Notes: a model not told the origin generated them from the sequence alone. 64,000 nt of DNA from Octopus sinensis (GCF_006345805.1 NC_043001.1:20708001-20772000), one strand, 5' to 3'. Counted from the stretch's first letter, positions 37,112 through 50,409 are shown. Program-made: numbers and translations.

Positions 37112-37589
37112 ACATGCTGGATATATATTTAAATTATTTCTTATGGATCAATGAATTCTACGAGATACGTGTCCACTAGATATACTGTCACTACAACAAC
37201 AAATAAAAACAAGATTTTGCTGTAAAGCCAGGAGGCAATAACAAAATTGTAAAAACTAAAATTTAAACAAATTAAATATGCAGAACACCTGTTCGTCTTA
37301 AATATTAACATTTATTGAATTAACCTATTTAGCATTCAGATTATCAAATGTAAGATCTATTTATTTACATTTAAAAAAAATTAATCGTGCATTAGCTCAT
37401 CGCTTTGAGATATTGATATGTTTGTTAATTTTTAGAATGACATTGAAGGGCAGGTGTGACTGGATCTAGCCAGTTTGAACATAAAACAGGTAGGATCTTT
37501 GGGCCTTATATGGCTGGTTTAACTGCTCAAGGCATAAAGAAGTTGGGGAAATGGGATGTCATCAGACAAAATTTTATGCTGTTATACAT

Positions 37590-38400
37590 TCATCATCATC
37601 ATTTAATGTCCATTTTCCATGCTGGCATGAGTTGGACGGTTTGACTGAAAACTGGCAAGCTGCACCAGGTTTCTACAGCTGGATGCCTTTCCTAACACCA
37701 ACCACTGCAAGAGTGCAGTGGGTGCCTTATGCATACCATGACTATAATCTCCCTTGGTTTGACAGGTTTTCTCTAACATGGTGCATTGCCAAATGTCTCA
37801 GTCACTTGTCACTGCTTCTATGAGGCCCAAAGAAGATCAAAGGGTGCTTTTTATGTGCCATGGGCACAGGTTCCACGTATGCGATACTGGCATCAGAAGG
37901 CGGCGAGCTGGCAGAAATGTTAGCACGCCGGTGAAATGCGTAGCTGTATTTTGTCTGCCGTTATGTTCTGAGTTCGAATTCCGCCGAGGTCAACTTTGCC
38001 TTTCATCCTTTCGGGATTGATAAATTAAGTATCAGTTGCGCACTGGTGTCGATGTAATCGACTTAATCCGTTTGTCCTCTCTGTGTTTAGTCCCTTGTGG
38101 GTAGTAAAAAAAAAGGTATTTAGTCTGCCGCTACGTTCTGAGTTCAAATTCTGCCGAGGTTGACTTTGCCTTTCATCCTTTCGGGATCGATAAATTAAGT
38201 ACCAGTTGCACACTGGGGTCGATGTAATCGACTTAAACCGTTTGTTATCTCTGTGTTTAGCCCCTTGTGGGTAGTAAAGAAATAGATACTGGCATCAGCC
38301 ACAACTACAATTTCCCTTGGCTTGATGGGTCTTCTCAATCACAGCATATCACCCAATATTCGAAGGGTGCTTTTTATGTGCAGGTCATATGTGAAGAGAA
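37590..38400 (-). mobile_element. Family B interrupted by a family C dimer
   Basis: B sequence resumes after the TSD at 38285-38298. Confidence 0.8.
37897..38284 (+). mobile_element. SINE family C, dimeric form
   Basis: 14-bp TSD gatactggcatcag. Confidence 0.93.
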
Positions 38401-38669
38401 AGCAGGTCAACCCCCGACACCGAGAGCATCAACAGATGGTTGAATGCGCATCCAGTGGTTGCGTAGAAAGTCGGGGACAAGAAACAGGAAGAGTGAGAGA
38501 AAGTCGGAGCGAAAGAGTACAACAGGGGTTGCCACCACCCCCTGCTGGAGCCTCAGCTGTTTTGCGCTCAATAAACACACACAGTATCTATTTCTGGTCT
38601 GGGAATCGAAACTGCAATCCTCCAACCGCGAGTCCGCTGCCCTAACCATTGGGCCATTGTGCCTCCACT
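38400..38669 (-). mobile_element. SINE family D
   Basis: Same head as 19795-20069. Confidence 0.85.
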
Positions 38670-39617
38670 GTTGTTGATGTAGTGGCTAGTACAGTTTGCA
38701 GCAGATGCAATGTTTAAATCCAACAGATGATGTTACAACTTTTCCTGGTTTCCTCATCTCTCTCTCTCTCTATAGATTCAAAGTAACAAAGAACATTCTC
38801 TTCCCAATTCAACACCAGATTTTTTTCAACTAAATCGAATATATATAAAAGATGTAGTTTCTCTAAAAATATCAATCCTGATGAATTACTGAAATGAGAT
38901 GAAAGTGTTAAATAAATGATTATCCAAAATTCTGACTACCTCCTTTATGTGTGTGTGTGTGTGCATGTGGTGATTTTGATTTGTGTGCCAAGCACAGCAT
39001 TGTGGTCTTGAGCAAGACACTCCCTGAAAAATCTTCCTCAATGAATTCTATCCAATCCATGCTAGAATGGAAAAGTGGATGCTGAAACAATGATGATACA
39101 TATATGACAGGCTTCAACACAGTTTCTGTCAACCAAATTCACTTACAAATCATTGGCTGACCTGGGGTTATAAATGAAGACACTAGCCCAAGATGCTCCA
39201 CCTTGGAATAGAACCTGAAAACTCACAGCTGTGATGTGAACTTCTGAACCACACAGAGGAAAAGTAAGAGCACCCTATGTAACAGGTTTCTTTTATTTTT
39301 CCACCATATGTAACAGTTGAAGGTGTGTTGTCTCTCTCTTTAGGACTTTGTTCCAGTTAAAAAAGATTGTCAATAAATTTTCACATTTGCCATTCAATTC
39401 AAATTTTTAATAAAATCTATTTTTCACTGTTAAATAATTTAGAGACAAGAATTTAATGATAAATTAAAATTAGCTGTTTTACTACAGCTGTCACTTTGAA
39501 CTGAAAATGACTTAGCTTTCATGCCTTGTAAATTGTCTTAGGTGCTTATGAGCAGACATCGATACCCTCTTGGCTCTATCCCCTATGATCCAGGGGAACA
39601 TCTAGAATGTAACAACA

Positions 39618-40498
39618 TAATCATTGTTGTTGATTATGTGCTACGTATGTCAGTTGATACCATCTCTGGCAAGGGCTTTGAAATAAAACCAAGAAGAAGT
39701 TCCAGACACCCAGCTGAGTACTTGATAGACACTGACTTTGCTGACGACATCGCTCTTATCAGTGATTCTCTCTCTCCAATGCCCAGTCTCTTTTACAATC
39801 TCTTGAACAAGCCTCAAATTGTGTAGGTCTTTACCTCAATGAGGCCAAAACTGAATACATAAACAAGTGCCTGTCCAACAGTGATTGCATCATCCATACT
39901 CTCAACAATGCGCCCTTAAATATGGTTTCTGATTATAAATATCTTGGGTCATACATATCATCATCTGGAAAAGACTTTCTAACTAGAAAGGGTATGGCTT
40001 GGTCAGCCTGTAATGACATGCATAAGATCTGGTCATCAAATCTAAGTAGAGACTTCAAACTTGAAATCTTCAAAGCCACAGTCGAACCAATTCTACTATA
40101 TGGCTCAGAAACCTGGACGCTATCAAAGAAGCTTGAGAGGCGGTTGGATGGAACCTACACTCGTCTCCTTATGAGAGCTCAAAATCTCTCGTGGAAGCAC
40201 CATCCAACCAAAATGCAAATATATGGGAAACTACCACCTGTGTCATCTCTTGTGAAAGGTAAGAGAGTCCAGTTTGCTGGACATTGTTGTAGAGCTGAAA
40301 AAGAGATAATTTCTACTCTTCTCCTCTGGAAGCCATCTACTCGCAATACCAGAGGGCGCACACTCTCCTACCCTGATGTAATCTCCAGGGATACAGGCAT
40401 CCAGCAACAGGACCTCCGTAATGCCATGATGGACCGTGAAGTCTGGCGTAGCATGGTAAATTCCATTGTCTCGACCACGGTCGAACAATGATGATGAG
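39618..40498 (+). mobile_element. 5'-truncated RTE-clade LINE
   Basis: DFADDIAL RT motif, YKYLGS..ILLYGSETW..FAGH..DREVWR in ORF 39922..40491; ends in gatgatga. Confidence 0.9.
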
Positions 40499-40634
40499 AA
40501 TGTAACAGCTGGAGTTTCAAGTGTACTATATAAGCACTTGGTTGGTACTAATTTCAGCTGAGTAAACTGGAGCAATGTGAAATGATGTGTCTTAATTGAG
40601 GACACAATGTACAACCCATTCCATGAATTAAACC

Positions 40635-41530
40635 CATCATCATCATCATTTAACGTCCATTTTCCATGCTAGCATTGATTGGACGGTTCAACTGGGGTCT
40701 GGGAAGCCAGGAGGCTGCACCAGGCTCCAGTCTGATCTGGCAGTGTTTCTACAGCTGGATGCCCTTCCTAATGCCAACCACTCCGTGAGTGTAGTGGGTG
40801 CTTTTTACATGCCACTGGTACGGGTGCCAGGGGAGACTGGCAATGGCCACAATCGGTTGGTGCTTTTTACATGCCACTGGCACGGGCATCGCTTGAAATA
40901 ATAATCATAAGACCAATATACCCTAGCCACTAGTCTATGCATCTTCATCGTTTAACGTCTGCTTTCCATGCTAGCATGGGTTGGACATATGACTGAGGAC
41001 TGGCGAACCAGATGGCTGCACCAGACTCCAATCTTGATCTGGCAGAGTTTCTACAGCTGGATGCCCTTCCTAACGCCAACTACTCTGAGAGTGTAGTGGG
41101 TGCTTTTTACATGCCACAGTGGGTGCTTTTTACATGCCATAGGGCCAGTCAGGCAGTATTGGCAATGACCTCGCTCGAATCTTTTTACACATGCCACTGG
41201 CACAGGTGCCAGTAAGGTGACGCTGGTAACGATTACACTCGAATGGTGCCCTTTTATGTGCCACTGTCACAGAAGCCAGCTAGCCGCTCTGGCAACGATC
41301 ACGCTCGGATGGTGCTCATAGCACTCTACTAGCATGGGCACAAGTGCCAGTAAGGCAACACTGGTAACGATCACACTCAAATGGCACCTTCTATGTGCCA
41401 TTGGCATGAAGGCCAGCTTGATGCTCTGGCCTTGATCTCACTCGTATGGTGCTCTTTGCACCCTGCTAGCATGGATGCCAGTCATTAAATTTTACTTTGA
41501 TTTGGATTTCACTTGCCTCAACAGGTCTTC
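40635..41530 (-). mobile_element. Two tandem family B copies (40635-40890, 40944-41530)
   Basis: Family identity (rc); second is long form. Confidence 0.88.
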
Positions 41531-41569
41531 TTAATTTTGGCCCAAGGTCAAGAATTTCAAGGGAAGTAG

Positions 41570-41730
41570 TTTAGTTAATTACACTGACTGGTAATTTATT
41601 TTATCAAATCCAAAAGGATGAATTGCAATGCTGACCTTGGCAGGATCTGACCTCAGAACATAAAGAGCCAGAAAAAATGCCGCTAAGCATTTTCTCTTGT
41701 GCACTAACAATTCTACAGGCTCATTGCTGA
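41570..41730 (-). mobile_element. SINE family C-related, degenerate
   Basis: rc similarity. Confidence 0.72.
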
Positions 41731-41774
41731 AATTTAAAGGCAAAATATTCCCATTCAATATACATAAAGACACG

Positions 41775-43404
41775 AACAACATTTTACTAATATTGTTTTA
41801 TTTTTGATAAATAGTATATCAGAGATGATTGAACTGTAATTTTGCAGCAATACCCTTCTCTGCAGTGCCCCCTGAAACCCCACCCCCCATAATCAAATAA
41901 AGATTGTTAAAGAAAGTGTGCATATACTCAGTAATTATCTTTCAACATTACATTCATAAGTTAATACAATTACATCAAAATATTTCGATCATTTAATAAT
42001 CAACAGAGATTGAAAACTTCCAAAAATTACAAAAAAAAAAGCTATTTCGGCTGTGATAAAAACAAGTGGAATGAAAAAAAATATAATAAAAATAAAAACT
42101 TGAACTACATTTGGTCAAAATCTTGATGGAATACTCTAACAGTTACGGATAACAAAAAAAAAAAAAAAAAAAATTTTTTTTAATTGTTGTTTCCAATCCC
42201 TACAAAAAGCATATTTCTTAGGATTAAAATTAGTAATCAATACCAGTTTTATTAACTCAATAGTAAACAATTAATTAAACCAGTGAAAAGACACTGGTGA
42301 TTTTATTCATTTCATCAGTATTACAATAACAAGGTGCTGTTTCAAATTTTCTAAAACATGATTGTTTTTCATATATAAAAATTAATTGAACTACGAAAAT
42401 ATTCATCTGATCCAATAAAGCACCCAGTTCTAAAATGTCTTTGCAAAAATTAAATATTTAAAAAATAAGAGAGAAATATTTAAAAAAAAAAAGAGAGAAA
42501 AAGAAAAATTTAAGTGCTTAAGATTTAGAAAATATAAAATATCTGAACAGAGTTACAGATTTTCATAGAAACCTGATGCAAATAAACCAATTTTAATTTC
42601 ATTAAGTTCCAAAATTCCATAGCACACGTTGCACAGGAATTTTCAAACTAAAGGCAAATAAATGTTAAAATGGTGAATCTATTCAAAGATCAACTGAAAT
42701 GTTTGTATAGATGCACCACATTAATTGTACTTCTGAGAATGAGAGTATTACAAAAAGAAATTTGGATTTCTTTTGATATGGTTTGTACTGTTCAGAGTTA
42801 ATTCACTCTTAGAAAAAAAAAAAAAATGGAAATTCAGGACAAAGACAGAAGATTAATACCTGCCCAAAGGTTACAATTTAAATTAACAATGAGAATTAAC
42901 ATGTTGCAATGTTAATAGACAGTGGTGTGTGACAGACAGTGATTTGAAAGATGGTTGGTATGTGTGGAAAATAAAAAAATATTTTTTAAAAATACTCTCA
43001 TTAAGTAAAGTAAAATAAAAGATAAGAAAGAAAGAAGATAAGAAAGAACCCCACTAAGGCAGACGTGTCTGCAACTTTTGTATGTTAATAGGACTGAAGA
43101 TCAACTGCAAAGGAAAACAAAAATATAAAAGCCAGTTTTATTGCTTGGATTGGATTATCAACTGTGAAAGAAAACTACACAATGGCAACTACAAATAAAG
43201 GGTTTACTGGTTGAAAGGTCTATCAAATATGAACTTAAATTGTTACAAATAATTACACAAGATTAATTATCTAACTTATACAGAAATATTGCTTTTGTCG
43301 TACATAATATCAGAGTATAAAACACTATACCTTTTCTCAAATATTTCTAAGTAATTTCTTTTGCTTCTCTTTTTTAGACCCCTAATGTTGAATAATTTAA
43401 AAAT
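41775..43404 (-). other. Probable long GDH 3' UTR with candidate AATAAA signals
   Basis: SINE-free, U-rich on minus strand; AATAAA (forward tttatt) at 43137, 42302, 42248 and 41797, the last followed by a GU-rich tract. Confidence 0.55.
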
Positions 43405-43524
43405 TCATAAAAATGTCAATCCAGCATCTTCGTATACTCTGAAGATTTTCTCTACTGAAGTTATGTAAGCTGCTGTCCGTAAGTCTAAGCCAAGATTGTA
43501 CTTCATGGCAGTCCTCATGATATT
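43405..43524 (-). CDS. GLUD1: GDH last coding exon, [39 protein letters not shown]-stop
   Basis: tttcag acceptor; TGA at 43405-43407; 120 nt. Confidence 0.98.
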   Translation of the reverse strand, partial: NIMRTAMKYNLGLDLRTAAYITSVEKIFRVYEDAGLTFL

Positions 43525-43732
43525 CTGAAATGCAAACAAATATATGCAAAAATAATCAAAAAAGAATACATGATAAAAAATAAAAATAGAAATAGAAAAA
43601 AAAACAATATTTGAATACAAATAAGTAAATGAAATTCTGTGTAAAATTGCATCAGTTGTTTTTTTAAGGCTCTAACAACTATTTTGTGTTCTTTGGTAAA
43701 ACACCCTCCGTCTTGTGTCCTTTCATCTAGGG

Positions 43733-43951
43733 CAGTGCTTTTCAAACTTTTTGCTGGAGTGGAACCCCAAGGAAACATTCCACTGGCTCGAGGAACCCCT
43801 GTGCAATAATTTAATAGTTTTATGCACACATATCTGCACAGGAGAATTTAAAATTACTGCCGATTTTAGCAGTTTTGTAACTTCTTGCGGAACCCCTGGA
43901 CTGTACTGACGGAACCCTAAGGTTCTGCAGAACCCTGGTTGAAAACCACTG
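43733..43951. mobile_element. hAT (Charlie-type) MITE in last GDH intron
   Basis: TIRs cagtgcttttcaaac / gttgaaaaccactg; 8-bp TSD atctaggg/atctaggc. Confidence 0.88.
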
Positions 43952-44404
43952 ATCTAGGCAGTATCAACTTAACTAGGAAACAAGATACTAACCATAGTAA
44001 ATGAAAGTTCAATATTGGCAGAGTTTACCAATAATAGCATAGTGTACAACAGAGTGTACTGGACAAGACTATAAAATAACCTTAGGTATTTGAGATTTAC
44101 ACTATTTGACAAATAATTTGACAGATCATAAGTTGAAACTGTAATCACTGAAGACATTTAAAAATCACACAAACTTGTTTTCTAACCACTTTTGTTTTAT
44201 TTTGAGTTTTTACTCTTAGATGCAAAAAGAAATAGTACAAGAAAAATCTGCATTCTCAAAATTGTATAACATCTTGAGAAATCATACTCTTGAAATTCAA
44301 GACCAAAATCTGTATACTGTACTGCTATGTCTACCCTATGTTAATGTATGGAAGTGAGGCATGGTCTATAACATCAGAATCAAAGGGGTAGAGCTGTGAA
44401 ATGT

Positions 44405-44760
44405 GGTTCTTAAGGAGAATATTAAGGATAGCATGGACAAAATGTCTAATGAAAAAGTGATGACCTGGGCTGCAATATAGAGGAAACTGCTTCATGAGAT
44501 AAGGGCCAAGCAACTGAGTGTTCTTGGTCATGTGATGAGGAAAGAGGGTCTGGGGAATTTAGCCATGGCCAGAAAGATTGAAGGGAAAAAAATCAGAGGA
44601 AGAAGGATGATATAGATACGAAGCTTGACGAACAGGATGGAAGAAAGAGGCATTAAATATCAGAAAGTGGAACTGTTACGGAAAACAAAGGACAGAGAGT
44701 TGTGACAGGACATGATCACTTTGTTCTACATTCTGGATGTGGCATCTAAAGAAAGAAGAC
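44405..44760 (+). mobile_element. RTE-type LINE 3' fragment in last GDH intron
   Basis: RILRIAW..LGHVMRK..KIEGK..RGR..KDREL pattern with stops. Confidence 0.75.
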
Positions 44761-44809
44761 TATTACAAAACGAAAAAAAGAAAATACTTGTTTTAAATAA
44801 CCTTAAAAT

Positions 44810-45175
44810 AATAATAATAATGAAATTATTGTATACAGTGCTCAGGTGCACCACAACTTGTCAGAAAGTGCATATAAAGTACATGCAGTAATGTAGAAAT
44901 GTCTGGGAAGTGAACAGTGTATGAGTCAGATACATGCATGCGTGTGTATGGAGGGGAGAAAATCAGGTGTAGTGTTGGCGAATCTCAGGAAAAATGGAAG
45001 TTTTGAAGGATGCAGTGCTCCAACAACTAACAACTGATGCCGGCAGTTTGTTCCATGCTTCAACAACTCTTAGCGTGAAAAAATTGTTTCCGAAAGTCAT
45101 GGGAGCTGTGCTGTTTTCTGACTTTGTAAACACGTCCATGGGTGTTAGACAGATGGAGTTTGAAAAGGTGCTCAG
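44810..45175 (-). mobile_element. CR1-type LINE 3' end with (ATT)n tail
   Basis: THGRVYKVRKQHSSHDFRKQFFTLRVVEAWNKLPASVV then 3' UTR ending gtggtgcacctgagcactgtatacaataatttcattattatt. Confidence 0.85.
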
Positions 45176-45247
45176 AGTTGAAGACTGTTTTTGAGAAAAT
45201 GCTATGATTAATTGACAATATTCAATATTGACAAATACACTAAACCA

Positions 45248-45466
45248 TTAACCCTTTAGTATTTAAACCGGCCATGTCCGGCCACAATATTTAATCTGTT
45301 TTATGATCAAACTGTAGGCTCTCACACCAACCCTACAATGTTATTCTACATTAAGTAATTACACCATCAAGATCTTGAAGATATGAGAAAATGCATGATT
45401 AATTCAAATCAATGGGAATTAATAGGCATTATGTTTGATAGAATAATCTGAACACTAAAGGGTTAA
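45248..45466. mobile_element. piggyBac-type MITE, second family
   Basis: ttaa-ccctttagt ... actaaaggg-ttaa; related decayed copies near 37315-37530 and 57117-57300. Confidence 0.8.
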
Positions 45467-45645
45467 ATTAATGCCATAACAGTCTACCTTAATCGATCAT
45501 AAAAATATGTTCAGGGAACACACAAGCAGTTTATTTATGTCAAGGTAGAAAAATGATCAAAATGGGAAATAAATTTACAAGTGTTATTTGATAACCTAAT
45601 ACTTTATAATTTACAGTGTATTAAAATAATTGAAGGATTACTCAC

Positions 45646-45708
45646 TCTAGCTGACCTTTCCATGGTATATTCAAGGCCTGAGTGGACAATGTCTTTTTCA
45701 GATGCACC
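45646..45708 (-). CDS. GLUD1: GDH exon (human exon 12 equivalent), GASEKDIVHSGLEYTMERSAR
   Basis: Pivot-helix motif; ttgcag acceptor, gtgagt donor; 63 nt. Confidence 0.98.
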
Positions 45709-45817
45709 CTGCAATAGAAAGTAAGCAATTGCTTGTTAATCTTTTAATCATTTCAGATTTATGCTCAGTGAGAATAAAACAGAAATGCCTTAAATGTTTC
45801 CAAAAAGTGCTTCATTT

Positions 45818-45852
<35 letters not shown>

Positions 45853-46189
45853 TATATATATATAAACACAAACATAACATACATATAACATACACACACA
45901 TAACAAAACAGGAAAATGGAAATTTTTTGGTATTATTTATTTTCCATTACATGTGTTTCATTTGCTAATAGGAACTACAAACATTTACGTATTATATAGG
46001 CATGTAAGGAGAATAAATAATACCGAAAAATTTCTATTTTCCTGCTTTGGTGTGCAATAATCTGCAAATAATATTTCCATAATTCTCAATTTTAATATGC
46101 ACTTCGATTAATACACAACAGTAATTATGGATACATATTCATCATCGTTTGATTGTAATAATGGAATAAGCAGATGTGCTTCAAGAGGA

Positions 46190-47170
46190 AGCAGCTGGAT
46201 TTACCCTAGAACTATACAGCTGCTACATAGACGACTGTATAGGTGCCACCGCTCTCTCCCACGAACAACTCTCCAATTTACCTCTACCATCTCTGATACC
46301 TCTGTAAACTTCCTAGATATCTCTCACCACCTCTTTCTTCAAACCCATGGACTTCCACCTCTACCTCAACTTTTCTTCTTCCCATCCCTCCCACACCAAA
46401 TGGGCCATCCCCTACTCTCAGTTCCTCCTCCTCTGACGCTTGTACAGCTGGAACTAGGATTTCAAGACCTAGTCCCAGTACCTTGCCCACCTGTTCATGC
46501 ATCAAGGATACCTATCCACCCTTGTCCAAACTGCCCTTACTCATGCTCATCTAATCGATTGCACCACCAACCTCTCTCCTTTCCCCTCCACTCTACTCCT
46601 TCATTGGAGGATCCTACGAGCCTTCTGTCATTTCCAGCTAGATCCCACCACCCGCTCCATTTTCCCTATCCTACCCTTGCACACCTTTAACCCATAACCT
46701 ACGCGATCTACTGGTTCATAGCACCTTCCCCTCTTCCATCCCAACCCAATCCGGATCCTTCCCTTGCTCTAGATCCTGCTGCCATACCTGTCCTTTCATC
46801 ACCAACACCACCCTACCTCACTGGATCCAACCAGCACACCCTCCACATTAGAAACTCCTTCCCCTGCACGTCTTCCAGCCTTATCTATTGCATTAGATGT
46901 AATCTCTGCAACAAACTCTACACCAAACATCTACGAGATGTTCAGCTACGTACAAACACCCCAATCGCCTGTCAGTTCTGCTTGGCCAACCACTCCACCT
47001 CATATATCTCCATCTTCAGCCTTGCCCTGCATCACAGATCCACACTTCTCAACTCCACCTGGAACAGCATCACATTTTCAGTCTACAAACACAAACACCA
47101 TTCGAACTCAACTCAAACCCCTCCTCTCAATCACTGTCTCTACGCCCTCCTTAAAAAATAATTTTTTATG
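46190..47170 (+). mobile_element. Penelope-like element relic (RT C-terminus plus GIY-YIG region), antisense in GDH intron
   Basis: YIDDC, TISDTSVNFLDI, HP.HTKWAIPYSQFL, CTSS.LIYCIRC motifs across frames. Confidence 0.82.
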
Positions 47171-47451
47171 CTATCTAATATTCACTCACTTTTTTACTTA
47201 TTTTTTTAATCGATTTTTTATCGTTTTTTTTAGCATTGTAATTGTTTATTTTGATCCTTTTATTTTATTCCTTATCTCCTTTTACCTTTCTTTTTAATAA
47301 TTGTATTAATTTCTAATTTATCCTTTTAATGTTTATTTTTTATCTTGTATCTGTTATTTTTTATTTATTAATTTTATTTTTCATCTTGTATTTTTTCTCA
47401 CCTTATTTTATTTTTATATACACACACGCAGACATGAATGCACATACCTCC

Positions 47452-47482
<31 letters not shown>

Positions 47483-47642
47483 GAACGCACATATACCCCC
47501 ACACACAGGAACACATATACCTCCACACAACCCCTGACCCACACACACACCCTTCAGACTGCCTGTTGAATACCCTTCCACTGACCATCCCATCTACACA
47601 CCTGAAACAGGTAAAAGATAAAACAATTTAAAAGATACGTAC

Positions 47643-47734
47643 ATGAATCCTAGCTTCAAAAGCACTAGATGGCATAATAGGAATTTTGCCTCCATTTTTA
47701 CCAAATTTCGATTCCAATGAATTCTGGACACTCT
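47643..47734 (-). CDS. GLUD1: GDH antenna exon (human exon 11 equivalent), (E)SVQNSLESKFGKNGGKIPIMPSSAFEARIH
   Basis: ttatag acceptor, CAT|gtacgt donor; 92 nt, phase 1-0 matches flanking exons. Confidence 0.96.
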
Positions 47735-48439
47735 CTATAAAAGATTAGAAAAAATGGATAAAGTAACAAAGAAATTTTAACAACAGAGTGTAAAAATGTA
47801 TTACAATTTTTTTTCTTTTTCTAAACAAGTCATACAAAATGTAATTAACTGGAATAAACAAAGAAATAAATTATATTATCATCTATCATTATTATGGATC
47901 TTTTCGCTTTGACTGGCAGATTTTTAAAATAATTTCTTTTTAACTAAACACTTAAACTTTGTATACTGGTAGAATGTGTTTATAAAACATCTTTTTCTCT
48001 TGGCTTTCTTGAGAAAATTCTGTAGTTTATAAGCTATTTGTTCTTTAATTTCTTGCATTTCAGCAATTTCAACCAATCAATGACATCTATTAAGATGAAT
48101 TCAATTTCTGCTTTAGTGTGTCAACAACATTTATTTACTGAAGCAAGTAAAATAGAGTAAAGAGTAAATTAAATCAAATGCAATGGAGAAGTTATGAAAA
48201 TGGAAAAAATATGCAAAATAAATTATGTATGCAAAAAATTAGAAATATGCATCCATTTTAAAATATTTTATACTAAAAAATAAAACCGAAATAGGAACTT
48301 GTGGAATATGAACAAACATGTCAGATGATACAAGGGGTGGTAATCTACTTTTACCAATCAGGTATTATTAATGATACCCTAACCATAACTAACTTTTAAC
48401 CTCAACCATTTCCTGTTTCTGTTTTTTTAGTATAGGCTG

Positions 48440-48750
48440 CTTACTGGCTCCCATGCTGGTGGCACGTAAAAAGCACCATTCAAGCATGATCATTACCAGC
48501 GTTGCTTTACTGGCACTTGTGCCGGTGGCACGTGAAAAACAACATTCGAGCGATGTCGTTGCCAGTGCTGCTGGACTGGTTCCTGTGTAGGTGGCATGTA
48601 AAAAACACTATTTGAGCATGGCTGTTGCCAGTATTGCCTAACTGGCCCTTGTGCCAGATCAGATTGAGCCTGGTCCAGCCTTCTGACTCACCGTCCAACC
48701 CATGCCAGCATGGAAATCGGCCGTTAAACGACGATGATGATGATGATGAT
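48440..48750 (+). mobile_element. Family B
   Basis: Modules plus tail, core deleted. Confidence 0.85.
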
Positions 48751-48929
48751 TTAAAAATGGATGAATCTTTCTAATTTTTTTGGCATACATCATTTATTTT
48801 GTAAATATTTTCCATTTTCATAACTTTTTCTTCATTGCATTTCATTTAAGTGGAGAGGTGCATTTCTGAAAAAACTCCAAGGGGTCCATAGATAGAAAAT
48901 GATTGAGAATCACTGCTATAAGGGAAAGA

Positions 48930-49408
48930 ATTATTATTATTCAGTAGTTTTATTTTTATAGCCTGCTTTCACTTCATTACCGAGTGCAGCGGTATGCACC
49001 TTGGATATGTGCTGTGGTTTGCTGTGATGCTCTTATGGTTAATGTATTGGAAGTGTTTTGTGTAGGATGTGTGCAGTGCCCAGTAGTGCAATTTTCTGTA
49101 TGTTATATATATATTTGTAAGTCCTGGTGTTTTTGTTACGTATTTGTCTGAATATTTTTTATCATACCTAATGCGCCTACTATGATAGGAATTGTTTGTT
49201 TTTAGATTTCCCATTTGAGTTACCTCTATTTCCAGGTCTTTGTATTTTGAAAGTTTCTCCATTTCTTTTAGAGAAACATTGTTGTCTGCTGGTACTGATA
49301 CATCAATTAGAAAGCATTTTTACCTTCATGATCTCTGACAACTATATCTGGCCTATTGGCCTTAATTTCTCTATCTGTGTGTATTGGTAGTTTATTATTA
49401 TTATTATT
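48930..49408 (-). mobile_element. R4/Dong-like 3' fragment in GDH intron
   Basis: EKLSKYKDLEIEV motif; (TTA)n at both flanks. Confidence 0.82.
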
Positions 49409-49630
49409 TAGGCAGCGAGCTGACAGAATTGTTAGCACACCCCGCAAGATGCTTAGTGGTATTTCATCTGTACTTATTTTCTGAGTTCAAATTCTGCCAA
49501 GGTCGACTTTGCCTATCATCCTTTCGGGGGTTGATAAAATAAGTACCAGCTGAGTACTGGGGTCGATATAATCAACTATCCCCACCTCCTCCAGATTTCA
49601 GGCCTTGTGCCTATAGTAGAAAGGAGTATT
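49409..49630 (+). mobile_element. SINE family C-related
   Basis: ggcagcgagctgacagaattgttagcac head. Confidence 0.85.
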
Positions 49631-49844
49631 ACTATAGTATCAACAGAAGTGCAACATGGTTATGGATTTCAATTCTCAGCCATGTGGGTTTAGGTTTCGT
49701 CCTGCTGCACAGCATCTTGGTCAAGTGTCTTTTATAGCAGCCTTGGACTAGCCGAAAGCTACAAACTGGAAGAAGCCCATCATATATAAGTGTGTGCATG
49801 TGTTCTTGCCCATGCATGTGACCGTGTGCTTCTTTACATTTGCA

Positions 49845-50200
49845 TCACCATCATCATCATCATCATCATTTAACGTCCGTTTTCCATGCTAGCATGGGTT
49901 GGATGGTTCGACCGGGGTCTGGGAAGCCAGGAAGCTGCACCAGCTCCAGTCTGATCTGGCAGTGTTTCTATAGCTGGATGCATTCCTAACACCAACCACT
50001 CTGTAAGTGTAGTGGGTGCTTTTTACGTGCCACCGGCACAGGTTCCAGGCGAGGCTGGCAACGGCCACGACTGGTTGGTGCTTTTTATGTGCCACCGGCA
50101 CGGAAGCCAGTCGAGGTGGCGCTGGCATCGGCGACGTTCGGATGATACATTTTACATGCCACTGGCACAGGTACCACAACTACAATTTCCATTTGATTTT
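49845..50200 (-). mobile_element. Family B
   Basis: Family identity (rc). Confidence 0.88.
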
Positions 50201-50409
50201 TTTGCCAAAAATTGTTCAGTTACAAGGTGATGTTTCAGTGATTTCCCTTTTCAACATCTGAAATGTGATATCCCTCATTTGAAAAACAGGTAAGGATTAG
50301 TGACAAGGAGGGCATCTAGCTATAAAACAAAGCCTCAATAATATAGTTGTCTAATCTGGGCTAGCATGGAAAAATGGATGCAAATACAAACAAAAGATTA
50401 TATATATAT

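Noticed and set aside
40944-41530. Repeat-spacer look of family B modules (CRISPR-like)
   Set aside because: Eukaryotic context, degenerate repeats, homologous spacers, no cas genes.
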